Source: Bigelowiella natans CCMP2755 (taxonomy: Eukaryota > Protista > Cercozoa). Taken from it: 64,000 bases of DNA. This document shows, piece by piece, positions 27,824-40,131 of this stretch. Both the position numbers and the translations under genes were made by a program. Numbering within the stretch: the first letter of the stretch is position 1; each line of letters opens with the position of its first letter. The stretch is from positions 70,347-134,346 of the forward strand of contig ADNK01002325.1 in the NCBI GenBank assembly GCA_000320545.1, read 5' to 3'. Below the pieces are notes generated by a model. That model did not search any database, was not told the DNA's origin, and saw only the letters and a list, made by a program, of their open reading frames with translations.

Positions 27824-29941
27824 TGTAAGCTAGACAAGGATATCTTTCTTCTCAAAATGTTGGTTTGTTGTTGTTCCTTCTCCCTCCTCCAGATAACCTA
27901 GCACGGCACGTACGCATTGTGCATAGAGATCGTGTTCTGACCGTCACAAAGGCCGAACAAATGAAGACAAAATGCACAATCTGCAACAGAACCTTTAGCT
28001 CTAATTATACAGCACAACGGTATATGCAACGCGCTTACATACACATCTATACATTTGAACCAATCAATCAATCAATCAATCAATCAGGCATATTGCCCGC
28101 GTCCACAAAGACGTCAAGCACCTCTGTCCGTACTGTTTCCGGTTAGCCGCTCTTTTCACACAACAATAAGACGATTACAACGCAGTGGTGGAGATGGTGG
28201 CAAGCGAAATCATATATTTTTCATTTCCACGTGACTTACTTCTTCCTCGTTGCTGTTTTAGGGAGTTTGATTCAAATACTGCGGTGTTGAAGCATAGTGC
28301 AATTGTTCATCATGAGGAGATGGCCCTCTTTGCTGGCAACAATCAGAACACTCCCAACCTGACGAGGAACTTCAAGTGTGCGTTGTGTGAGACTGCATTC
28401 ACTACCAAAAGTACTAATAGCATTTACAGTTGAGGGGAGAAGAAGAAGAAGATGATGATGATGATGATAATGATGATGGTTGGCTGCAATCAATACAATT
28501 TCAAAATTGAAGGAAAGAAGAGGAGGAGGAGGAGGAGGAGGAGGAGGAGTTGGGAAAGTCCTTTTGAACAGCAGCTATGAATATGGATGATGATGATGAT
28601 GATGATGACGTTGATGATAAATTGACATGTCCACACACCATGTTTTGCCTCTCCTCAGCAAACCTTAACCGGCACGTGCAAAGTAAGCACAGCGGGAAAA
28701 AACAGCATGTTTGCCCTACCTGTGGCAACGAATACGCAAGGAAGGACACGTTGGAGCTGCATATTCGTGCGGTGCATCAAGGAAAAGATCCCAGCTACAA
28801 ATGCTCTCTATGTACTACTACTACTACTGCTGCTGCTATGTGTGCGTCGATGTATTGAGAGAAATGATCATATTTGAATAGTATATTTGTTGTTGGAGCA
28901 GCAAACAATAATATAATGTGCGGTAGGAAATGGCAGAGAAAGGAGGAAGAATCCTCCCTCCCATCCCCCTCCTCCTCCTCATTCCCCACACAGCACTTAT
29001 CTCCACTGGTTCTTCACTATTGCTACTACTACTTTTACCATCATTACAGGCAGTCGAAAGGTGTTCACAAGGCTGGATCTTAGTAATCACATGCGACTGC
29101 ATAAGGGTTGTGTCGATTTCTACAGAGAACACAATAGAAGAAGAAGAAGAAGAAGAAGAAGAAGAAGAAAAAGAAGGAGGAGGAGGAGGAGGAAGAGAAA
29201 GTGGTTCCGGGACAGAGAAGAATTAAACCGATGGAACACTAATCAGGGGGGGGGGACGATGATGTTAACACTATCATTCTTCGTCATGGTTCTGATAATA
29301 CCTTAACTCAGGAGAGCATCCGTATAGTTGTGAGATTTGCGGTGCTGTCTTCGTGCAGGTGGCCTCGCGTATAACCTATAATCCCTTCTATGCCCATCGT
29401 GATCTTATGGAGGAAAGGGGGGGGGGGCGATAAGTCCTATTGCGCAAAGAAACTCAGCACAAATACGCACAATCATACACGTCTACACATAAACATGATG
29501 GAGATAATGACACAACAAATTCGCCGCCGTGTTTGTTCTCACGTTTTCCTTCTCCTCCTCCTCCTCCTTCTTTTTGCTGTCCGCAGAAAGGAAACCTGAA
29601 GCGCCATATGGTACTGCACTCGGGGAATAAAAATGATCATGTGTGTGATATCTGCAGCAGAGGATTCGTTTTGAAGGTGGTGCTATATTGGTAGTGGTTG
29701 GGAGGGGGAGGGAGGAGAAGAAAGGAGGATGTAAGATATCCTCAATCTATGAATTTTCCTTTCTTTTTCCCCTCGAGAATGGGTGGCTGTTTGTGGTATA
29801 ATGATTTGCTTCGTCGTCTGTAAATATTAGTCGTATCTCGATGCTCATAAGTCAAAGATGCATCCAGAACTGCGTGAATTTAAGTGTACGATGGTAGGGA
29901 AATCATAACGTGTGTATGAAAGTATAAACGTCCCCCCCCCC

Positions 29942-29974
<33 letters not shown>

Positions 29975-30194
29975 GCCTACTTACCCCCTCCCTAAGGCAG
30001 TGCATCTGTTGCTGAGAGTAGAGGCATAATACATTACATTTGTACATGAAATATATCCCGATCAAAATTGTCACATTTACGTTTTTATAATGTTTTTGTT
30101 CTCTCAGTGTCCTCAGGTCTTCAAACGAAAGAACAATCTTCTCATTCACATGTATTCGCACCAAAGTTCAAAAGATAAGATGAGTAATGATTAG
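24847..30194 (+). CDS. Tandem C2H2 zinc-finger protein (~14 fingers), multi-exon; 5' end uncertain
   Basis: Spliced fingers include CLKCGKSFNQRYNLKMHMRLH, CTECGRPFLARHHLEAHMVTH, CPTCGNEYARKDTLELHIRAVH, CEICGAVFVQKGNLKRHMVLH and CTMCPQVFKRKNNLLIHMYSH; TAG at 30192-30194. Candidate upstream exons at ~24847, 25009, 25444 and 25731. Confidence 0.85.
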
Positions 30195-30219
30195 TGACAA
30201 ACCACATGTGAACACACTC

Positions 30220-30277
30220 TAGCACTCATGATGTCATGCAAATTGTGAGTGTTGCGTGTGAAATGTGTCTGCTAGGT

Positions 30278-30317
<40 letters not shown>

Positions 30318-30670
30318 TGTGTGTATGTGTGTGTACGTGTGTGAAGAAGATTGATGAAACGGTGGCTACTCTTAGCTTATTCTCGAGTAGTGCATCACAA
30401 ATACAGCCAGCCGGTGTGGAGCACTGTGCAACCGGGCGTGCTAGGGTGACGTTCACCTGTGCAGCAGCTGCGTTGTGCGCCGTAGAAAGCCAGCCGCTGC
30501 GCTACAGCTTGTTATTTATAATATTTTTTCTTAACATATCATGTGTTTGCTGTGTACATGCCAAAGCACATGTGGCTGCAGCACACATATATTTAACTCT
30601 GCGCTGTGGTAGCCCAGTGCGCGTACGGCGTGCAAGCACCATGCAGAAGAGCACTTTTGACATGAAATTA
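30220..30670. repeat. Palindrome-rich intergenic zone 3 with (GT)n microsatellite, between convergent genes
   Basis: CATG, TGCA, CTAG and GTAC enrichment, weaker than in the other zones; (GT)n at ~30279-30343. Confidence 0.5.
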
Positions 30671-30919
30671 GTAGACTCACCCCGCGAGATCGAATGTGAT
30701 AATAAGAATTTCAGATGAAGATCGTTTTACTACTACTATTTCCCATTTTGGTTGTCATATAAACATGTGCAGATCAGTAGACTGTATAGATGGTGCATCC
30801 GCATGATGAGCGTTGCCATTGACTCTCGCCGCGTTATCTTGAATACCTTCGAAATTATTGATTTTCAATTCAAAATCTGTGTTTGATACACGTATCACAA
30901 TGGGAGGTTAGTACTTGCT

Positions 30920-32944
30920 TTACCAGGAGTACAGCACGGTGAAGAACATACAGCTAGCAATGACAAAAGCCAGTATCACCTGCCATAAACAACATCAGTA
31001 AGTACTCTCCCGTGAACTAGTTTTCTCCACAATCATCATCATCATCATCATCATCACCATCACCATGACAAATCCAAGATCACATATGCATATTTCCTGC
31101 TAATAATACCGTATCACGATTCTGTTTGTCTTGAATCTTTTTGATTAGACCGTTGGCCTGGGGAAACTGTTGTCCAATTTTTCCAAGAACTCCTTGGATT
31201 CCTAGAAGAAAGTTTCATTTGTTATTCTTCTTTGCACATGCTTAATTTTCATGCGTCTCACACACACACACACACACACATCATCAACATTAGTCTCTCT
31301 TCCTTACGTCCGAATATTCCCCTTTGATTCTTGAGTTCCTCCATTGTGTCTTGGCCTTGCCTTTTCATCATCATCAGCATCATCATTACCATTGCCATGT
31401 TGGCACAAATTGTCATTGTAAAACAAATCATCACTGATAAGGCAGGCACTGCTCCTTATACTTGGCTGTTCACGATGCAACAAATCGCACGTGATCGCAT
31501 ATTCCAAAGGTTTGTGTTTCCACGGTGATGACTCAATCTGTGCGTGTGCGCTCTCGTGTCTACGACTGGAAGCGCTGCTTACATTTATTCACAGCTGCGA
31601 CATACATATTATAATCTGCACAAAAGTAGTACTGAATGAGTGAGTCAACGATGCCAAGAGACGAGAAAAGCCCATCTCTTTCTTTTTCTAAGGCTTCATG
31701 AGGCCGAATCCCAGCAAGGCTAACGAATTATAAATATTACAATTACATTCTGGACACCCCAACCCTCGTTATTAATAATGACGATGACGATGATGATGAT
31801 AATGCTTGATTATCTACTGTTTGTAGCTTATGAAAATGACGGTCCTTGAAACGGGACAAGGAGTGACAACGTCATCATCTTCATTACCAATATCAATATG
31901 GGGTGTAGATAGGTACTCACGTTCACATCACCAACAACCAACAACAACCTAGCACCACCACCACCATCACCTTGAATCCTTCCCGTCATGCTTCGATCCC
32001 AGAAGCATTGCCCGTTTAATTTTACTGTCTAATTTGACCTGATATTTATTAAATATATGCTCCTTAAAAAAATGGAGGATTTGCCACCTCGTTTGGTAGA
32101 AAGGCTTCTTCACAGATCAGATCATCAACATGATATACAGATGAGTTAATAAACATGATATATTTTCTTCACAGGTGAACACATCAACTTTAACGGAATA
32201 ATTTATTTCCCTCCTCCTCTCTGTCATCATCCTGCTTACTTTTGTTCGCTCAAAATCAGAGGTAAACTGGTGGAATAGATTCTGACATCTCCTCATCGTT
32301 TCGAACCCCTGTTAATGATGTGTTGGAGGAGGAGGAGGAGGAGGAGGAGGAGGAGGAGGAGGAGGAGGAGGAGGAGGAGGAGGAGGAGAGGGAATGATTT
32401 AAGATAAATTTGATGTGCATTTCTATCTATTTCACATTGGTGACATACTACCTCACGATGATTACTACTCTTCCCGCTTGCTAATTGACGCATCTCATCT
32501 GTAACACCGCCCAGCTAAATTTCGCAAGGGAGAAGTTGGAAGAGGATAAATCAGGAGAGAAAATGAATAGTTGTGTAATTCTCAAAATTAATGACTTGGT
32601 AATTTGTTGTATCTTGGGTGGAAGAGGGGAGACGAGACACGGCCAGGTTTGAAACATCATGCTTATTTATTGACCTCTTGAAGCATATCCTGAATCTTGA
32701 TCTCGAGGTCCTGAAGCGGCCGCCGTGCGTTTTCGACATCACCGCTCACTCCTTTGTTATCACTATCCCATTTGTTTGCCATGTTTAAGTATTGCACGAG
32801 TTTGCTGTCTATTTTTGACTCTAAGGCCCGTGCCCGCCTTTTGACATCTGCCCATGTCGATGACGATGAGGAGGAAGATGAAGAAATGTTCGTTGCTCTT
32901 TGGTGGGGTCCGCCACCGCCAGTGCGAGAGGGGCGTGACGCCAT
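30920..32944 (-). CDS. GOSR1: Golgi SNARE GOS28/Gos1 (Qb-SNARE), multi-exon
   Basis: N-terminal WADVKRRARALESKIDSKLVQY; C-terminal FPQANGLIKKIQDKQNRDT|VILAFVIASCMFFTVLYSW* tail anchor, matching the GOS28 pattern. Confidence 0.85.
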
Positions 32945-33181
32945 CTTGCCTTTCTTCTTTCAGTATTCGTCTTGTCGTCCGCGTGACAGCCGTTTTTATT
33001 TGTACGACTTACTTTGATATACTATTTTGTACAATTTACGCCTTTATTCATATCCTGCGACAAATCCATTTTTGGTTATTGTCTCATTATATAAAATAAA
33101 GGACGAAATATGATAACGACTTGAATTAGAGGCCATTATCAAAGTGATTGTGCAAATTACGTGCTCCTGGTTTCCTCCCCC
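32945..33181. promoter_or_regulatory. Putative 237-bp bidirectional promoter (GOS28 / VPS22)
   Basis: AT-rich gap between two well-supported divergent ATGs. Confidence 0.6.
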
Positions 33182-36100
33182 ATGCGAAGGAGGCCAGGAC
33201 TGGCCGGGCTAAAGGCTCAAAAAGCTCGCCAGGTGCTCCTTTGTCTGCGTTGCCATTCGATTTTCCGTAATTTATGCACGCTATTTTCTTGCTGAGACTA
33301 CGAGTGTAGCCACTACTAACTCACAACTACCGTTGTACCATCAGGCAAAGCTTCAAACTGTCGGAAGAAAGATAGAGGAGGACAACATGGAACACGTACA
33401 AAAAGAGCAAAAGAATAACTTTTTTGGATTGTTTAATTTATTCGATATTTCTTCATCTATATGTCATTATTCCGTTGTTGATTGAACGATTATTATCGTA
33501 TCAGATGCAAAAACAGTTGAGTGTGTTTCGGGAGAACCTTGAGGCATTCGCTGCTAAACATAAAGACAAAATCAATAAGAACCCAGCCTTCAGGTAAATC
33601 GAGCGAGAAGATATCTGCTCGTTTTAATCTATGAAACATCATCATCATCCACAATTTATCAGCATTGATTTCCAGTCTCTCTTATAACGATAACAAGAAC
33701 TGTGTTTGAATCTATGCTCGTGTTGTGTTGTGTGTTGCGTGTATGTGTGCGTTCGGACTCATTAGGCAGAAGTTTCAAATCTTGTGTGCGCGGACTGGGG
33801 TCGACCCTCTTGCATGTAATAAATCAATTTTCTTTTAGCTACTGTCTAGTATTTACATGGAAAATGAGTTCTGCAAGTTGGTTATCATCATTCTTTCATG
33901 ACCTGTGAGAACAAAGAGGACAAAAATACGAATTATCTTATACCATTTCCGCTCTAATAATGGTTATCATCAGCAGTAGCATTCTCATTATCATCGTTTA
34001 AATCTTTATCTAGCTCGGCAGGGATTTTGGGCACAAATGCTTGGATTGGGAGGTGTTGATAACATGACGATAAATATATGATGGTTTGATCTTATCAGTC
34101 CTAGCACACAAAACATGTACGCGTGCACGCATGCACACAAAAATTATGCATCGTGTATTTACATTAAGATGTGTATTTATATTTATGTGTGTGCTTGAAG
34201 AGACATACAGAATTATCAATTGCTAGCCATATTCGGCTACATATACCCACACAGACACTTGCATCCTTATAAAAAGGGATTTATACATTTTACAAATACT
34301 TCAATTGGATGATCACGATGGTTAAATTGATTCTTAGATTTTTATTATGAGCTTGCAGTGCAGCTTATCCAGCTTTGCCTGGTAGGTAGTATTGGTCAGT
34401 GCATGATCGTTCAGTGACATAGGGAGGATTTTTATTGCTGGAAGTAGAGAAGCTGCCTGTCATCATTATCATCAATATCATCATCTGTATATAGCAAAAG
34501 GGAAAAAGCACCATTATCAGCAGCAGCATCATGATTTCTCATCAATCCATCTAGGCTCTCCGTGAGGAAAATGGAGGATTGATATCCCTGAATGACCTGC
34601 ACAAGGTACATGTGAGAGTAGTCAGTTTGAAGAGGGACAAATCACGTCGAGGAGGAGGAGGGAGGAAAAGATTATAATACCAGCAAATAAATGCGAATTA
34701 TTGTATGTTTTATAGGAATTATCGAGGAGAAGAGGCCGTCATCAGCAAGAAGCATCGATGTTGTTTAGTAGATAATTGATACAACTATGATGAAATACGA
34801 CTATTACTACTACTACTACTACTTCTTCTTCTATTCGTTTTATCACAACAACCAAAAGCTCTAAGAAGCCTCTTTGAGTTTATGATTGTGTTGACAATAT
34901 CCCTACCAGACAAGATGTAGAACAGGCAATAGAGAAGGTTAGTGTTGGCGACGGACTATCAATACTCGATTGATGCTTTTACCCAGTCACCAATCAGCAA
35001 TCAAAATAAGTAGATAATATATTATTTGCTTCACCACTTCCAATCGAGTGGTTATATACCGGCATAATGGGAAAGATATCATAAAATAGAAGATATAGTT
35101 CACTGTCTTCTCCTCCTCTTTTTTCTGTCCCTCTTCTTGTCCTTCTCTCTCGTCTTTCGCCGTACTTCATTCAATAATTTTTCTTATTCTTTTAAGGTTC
35201 AATGTCTTGGATCTGGTTTTCGAATCACACAGGTAGTGTGTGTGTGTGTGTGTGTTTTATTACAAACGACCAAGCATTTTTACTATTGAGAAAGGAGGAC
35301 ATGATAACAACAATGATAATAGTAATAAGCTACCTAATCACCTGCTAGAGAACATGATGATAGTATTTAAAGCTACAAATAAATAGTTCTACGAAAGATA
35401 ATAGGTAGTAGTAATTAGTAGTGCTTTGCAACATTACGATCACATCGGCATTTTTTTATCAATGATCAATGTCGCCGCAACCATCAATACACGTAACCCC
35501 CCCCCCCTCAGATGGGAGGGGAAGCGATGGTGATTTCTGTACCGACGGAGCTCAATACGGTAGAGTAACACAAATTCAATAAAGGAAAGCGGACAGGAAG
35601 AGAGACAGGGCAGAATTTAAGCAAAGAAGAAGAAAAATAATAAAGTGTTAGCATAAATACATGTGAACGTTTAACAATCTCAGGATCATGCGGCCATTCT
35701 GAGTCTGGCTAAGGTATTAGATTCACTGCTACTACAATATCACTACTACTCCATGCTATTACCTTGTTTCTTCTCCCCTTTCTCCTTACTTCCTCCGCCA
35801 ATGCTTATCTTCAACCAGTCACATGGCCAAGGCAGTGGTGGAGGATACTTCGTCACCATAAAAATGGCGATGGCAAAGCTTAAATGGCATAGACAACGAA
35901 TCATCACTTGTCTGGTATTCGAATGATAATGATGATAACATGATATGATTGTCATGGAGATATGTATGCGCTAAACTAATGGATATGTAATGTTGATGTT
36001 AATGATCAGGAACCTATGGTACAGGATAGTATGGTGTGGCTTTGTGATCAAGAAGGGGCAGGTGCTAGTGGTAGCAAGTGGCGAGCAGCGATTAGCGTTT

Positions 36101-36271
36101 TAGGATGGGGAGATAATGACAATGAAGTAGGGAAGAATATTATTGAGAACCAGTGAAGGAGTAGTTAGAGAGTATGCAATAGAACGGAATAAAGATGAAC
36201 TTATTAACATCGAGGTTTTTCCTGACGGAGTATTTTGTTCTTTTGCCAAAATTCCCTACGCAAACATCCCT

Positions 36272-36303
<32 letters not shown>

Positions 36304-36447
36304 TCGTGTATCCATATATACATACATGTCAACATAATATGTTCATGCGTATTTTTGTGCATGTGCTTTGTTCATGTTGACCAGGTGAGGAGGAAGGAAG
36401 ACAGTACTGGTTTGCATGTCTTGCCATTAGTTGATGAGCTAGACTAA
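33182..36447 (+). CDS. SNF8: ESCRT-II subunit VPS22/SNF8/EAP30, many small exons
   Basis: MRRRPGLAGL; LSVFRENLEAFAAKHKDKINKNPAFRQKFQILCARTGVDPL; GFWAQMLGLGDFYYELAVQ; ENGGLI; LGSGF; ISVPTELNTDH; TAA at 36447. Confidence 0.93.
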
Positions 36448-36479
36448 AATGAAATTGCACACCCGTATGAAGCTCTCAG

Positions 36480-36890
36480 TGCATTTCCTCAGATGCATTG
36501 TTGTGTGGTGTCTTGTAATCAGCATGCATTGACCGTTGTACAGTCATCTAGCACAGCATCAATCATCCTCGCCGGTTGGCTGGCACACATCTAGACATGC
36601 ACAAGTTCTAGAGTTAAACAGCCGGAAAGTTGTGACGAACATGCATCACATTGATGATGAGCACATAATTAGACATGCATGTCATGCTTCGCATGCGATC
36701 CAGCACATGCGATGAAATTAAGTGTGCACCAGTTGGAATGCTGTCCAACTCATGTGCGACATGAACACCGTCATGAACATGCAGCAATTTCAGCTGCAGC
36801 ATCCACAAAGCTAGCTAGCTAGAAAGGAAGGCCTTCAACTAAACAGAATGATTTCCCTCCAAAATTGCTAGTTTTCATGCTAGCATGCTA
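36480..36890. repeat. Palindrome-rich zone 4, downstream of SNF8
   Basis: GCACACATCTAGACATGC at 36583-36600, GCTAGCTAGCTAG at ~36810, CATGCTAGCATG at 36876-36887. Confidence 0.75.
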
Positions 36891-37346
36891 ACCGTTCATC
36901 CTCCCGTGAATTGGAAATGTTTGGAAGATTGGCTTGTCTGGATCCTTGGCGAGATTGGAGAGCCTTTGGAGAACCGAGGAGGGAGATGTAGCAAGTGATC
37001 AGCATGTCAAGTAATGAGCAACGACCAAAGGTTAAAGCAAAGACTTGCTTAACAAACACATTCATGTCTTGCGACAATACTTATTCGTTGATTCTTCGTA
37101 GAAAACGCTCTCATCTCAGTTCTGGGAGCAGCATCAGCATCAGTTTTCCCGAAATTTTCGGCATTGTTATAGAACCAAAACGGCATTCATTTGCTACATG
37201 CGTCTTTGTTGGAAACTGATTAGGTACAACCTGCAGCCGATTCTCCCTTGGTGTTTCTGCTCAAGGAGGGAAATACCCGGCTTTTTATCGGAGAAAGGTT
37301 ACTTTGTTTATGTCGCAGAACGATATGAGGGCCTTTATTTCTGAGC

Positions 37347-37828
37347 ATGCCCTGGTACTTTGATCTCATTTCGGTCTGCGAGTTACTACCTGGGAGCCTG
37401 CTGCCATCCGACGACGACGAACCAATGGTGCCTCAGGGCACAATTGGTGGCATCAGTATTGCCCGCGCTATTCGCAAGGCACTTCTTGCGGTTGGTGTAG
37501 TTCTGTCTGTGGGAAGGCTGTTGGGAAGCTGGGTTTCGCGCGCAGCATCGGGCATCATGTCCCCTCCAGACGAAGATTCTGATCGGGACATTGTAGAGGT
37601 GAAGGAATCATGAATTTGCGTGTTAATTGGCGATTGTTGAGAGCTTCTTGTTGATTCATCGCATTCACCAACAGGGGTTGAGACGAACTCGGATTAAGAT
37701 TGCGAATATGACCACCGAGCAGTTCTCTGAATGGCTGGGCAAGCTCAATCCACTGTAGTCTTATCATCATAAGAACGGTTTCACAGCACGCTTCCTTTAC
37801 GTAAATCATGATTCTACATTCTTCCATG

Positions 37829-37903
<75 letters not shown>

Positions 37904-39606
37904 TCTATCTCCCTCCCCCATCAATATCATCATTATGATCATTGCTATATTTCTTCTCTTTACCTGTTCTTACTTTTCCCTAGATACTTAGACTCAAAGA
38001 TAATCTCCAGGGATCCACCTTCCCTTAAAGAAGACCTTGTGTACCAACTAATGACCGAGGAGCACTTTTTATCTCAGCAGCATGGTGGAAATAACGAATA
38101 CGATGAAGCCAAACTGAGTCAGAATTCATCAAAGAAGGTCTCTAGCGAGCGCGAATCCAAGTATGCATACGAGGATAACCGGGAAATACGTAAGGTTATC
38201 AATACAGATGGTAGCATAGGTTCTTTCTTGACGTTGAGGGCTGCCGACTTGAAGGTGAATCGTTTTACATCCTAAGACCATCTTCAAAACTAATTGTGGG
38301 GTGCCAGCAGCGGAGAGCACTGCCTTGATACTTGCATCCTGTTAATGAATCTTCCCACGCAGATCGGTGCGAAGATTGGGGAGGGAAATTTTTCCATCGT
38401 TCGACTGGTGACAGTGAAAGTGTCGGGAGTGAAGCACGTGATAAAGATACCGAAGGGGAAGGGCAGCGCATCACCGGAACAAATCGAGGAGATCATGATG
38501 ATGCGACAGATTCCACCGCATCGAAACTTGCTGAGGCTGCTTGGGATAGCTGAATTTAATGGCAAATGGTGCACTCTTACTGAGTTTTGCTGGCACGGCA
38601 GCCTCAATAAGTTGCATTATAAATTTGATTTCACCCGTCCTGCCCTGTTTCAGGTTGTCGGACGAGCATTTGCACCTCAATTTCATATTTTTGAAAGAGA
38701 TAATTGAAGCACATACACCTCCACACCTTCGATTATCATCAATGCAATGCCACTTGTTTTTCTTTGTTTCGGAACCATTTATGTGCTGCAACCTTGTCAC
38801 TTTGGCCTCCACGATCAGAGGATTATCCGTGGCGTCATATCGGGTCTGGGAAAGCTGCACCAGCAGAACATCGTGCACAGGGACTTGGCGTGCCGGAATA
38901 TCTTCATTGGGAAGGACCTTGAGGCCAAGATAGCTGATTTTGGCCTAGCAGAAAAGTTGATACCTCAGCACCCTCATCATCCTCCCTTGAGGATGGCATG
39001 GGCTTGGATGCCTCCGGAAGCCTTCGATCGGAGAAATTTTCGATTCACGACGAAAGGAGACATATGGAGCTTGGCGGTTGTGATCTGGGAGATCCTAACG
39101 GTATACTATCAACGGATATGCATGCCTCCCTCTCATGCCTGTCTGTAGTGTCACTCTAGTGCTACTCTGTGTGTGTGTGTGTGTGTAGTTGTTGCTAAAT
39201 TGAGAACAGTAGCAATGGTTGTTTTTCGAGTTATCATAATTATTTACTTATTGCCCCCGTCGCCATACATAGCGAGAGAGTCCCCAAGCTCGTTACGAGG
39301 AGATGGAGGGCACAAAGGCGGAGATTTGGCACAGAATCTTTCGTGGCCTTGCGCGCTTGTCTCTCCCAGCTGATGTTGCTTCGAGCAACCCCCTTGCGCA
39401 GTTACTGTACGATGCATGCTTAAAGAGGGAACCAGAGGACCGTCCTTCTACTGTGGAGCTCATTAGAGCAATCGACAAGTACAAGCACAGAGAGGAAGAA
39501 GCAGGGGCACCACCAGCAGGAGGAGGAGGAGGAGGGGGTAAAGACGCCGAGGGAAGGAGAGAATCAAAAGCAAGTTATAAGAAGAGAACGACAAGGGCCA
39601 AAGTAG

Positions 39607-39639
<33 letters not shown>

Positions 39640-40090
39640 TCAATAGCGTACAGCAGTCTCTTGGTAGGGATATGAAAAAGGAGGTGTATTCAGAAGATGC
39701 GGGAATAGCAGCAGTTGGAGGCGAAGGAGGGAAAGAAGCATTGCATTCATTGCCCTTGTCTCCGTGGTCAACTACGTCTTTTTCTTCTTCCTCCACCTCC
39801 ACATCGTATCCGTCATCATCCTCATCGTCATCGTCATCCTCATCGTTCTTCGAAAATTGGAGTGCGCGTCCCCGTGAAAGACTGGGACATGAGCGAAAGG
39901 TCGTTGTTGTGGGTGGTGGAATTATAGGCACCTCAACAGCTATGTGGCTCGCAATGAGAGGCGTGCGGGTGACGATGGTGGAGCAATGGCGAATTGCTGG
40001 AGCTGCCTCAGGAAAGGCTGGAGGTTTTCTTAGAAGAGATACCAAGCCAGGTCCTACACGGATGCTGCACAAGAAGGGTCTTATGGTAAG

Positions 40091-40131
<41 letters not shown>

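Noticed and set aside
37756-37758. UAG stop-codon reassignment
   Set aside because: TAG is the evident terminator of other genes here (1287, 15217, 30194, 47422).
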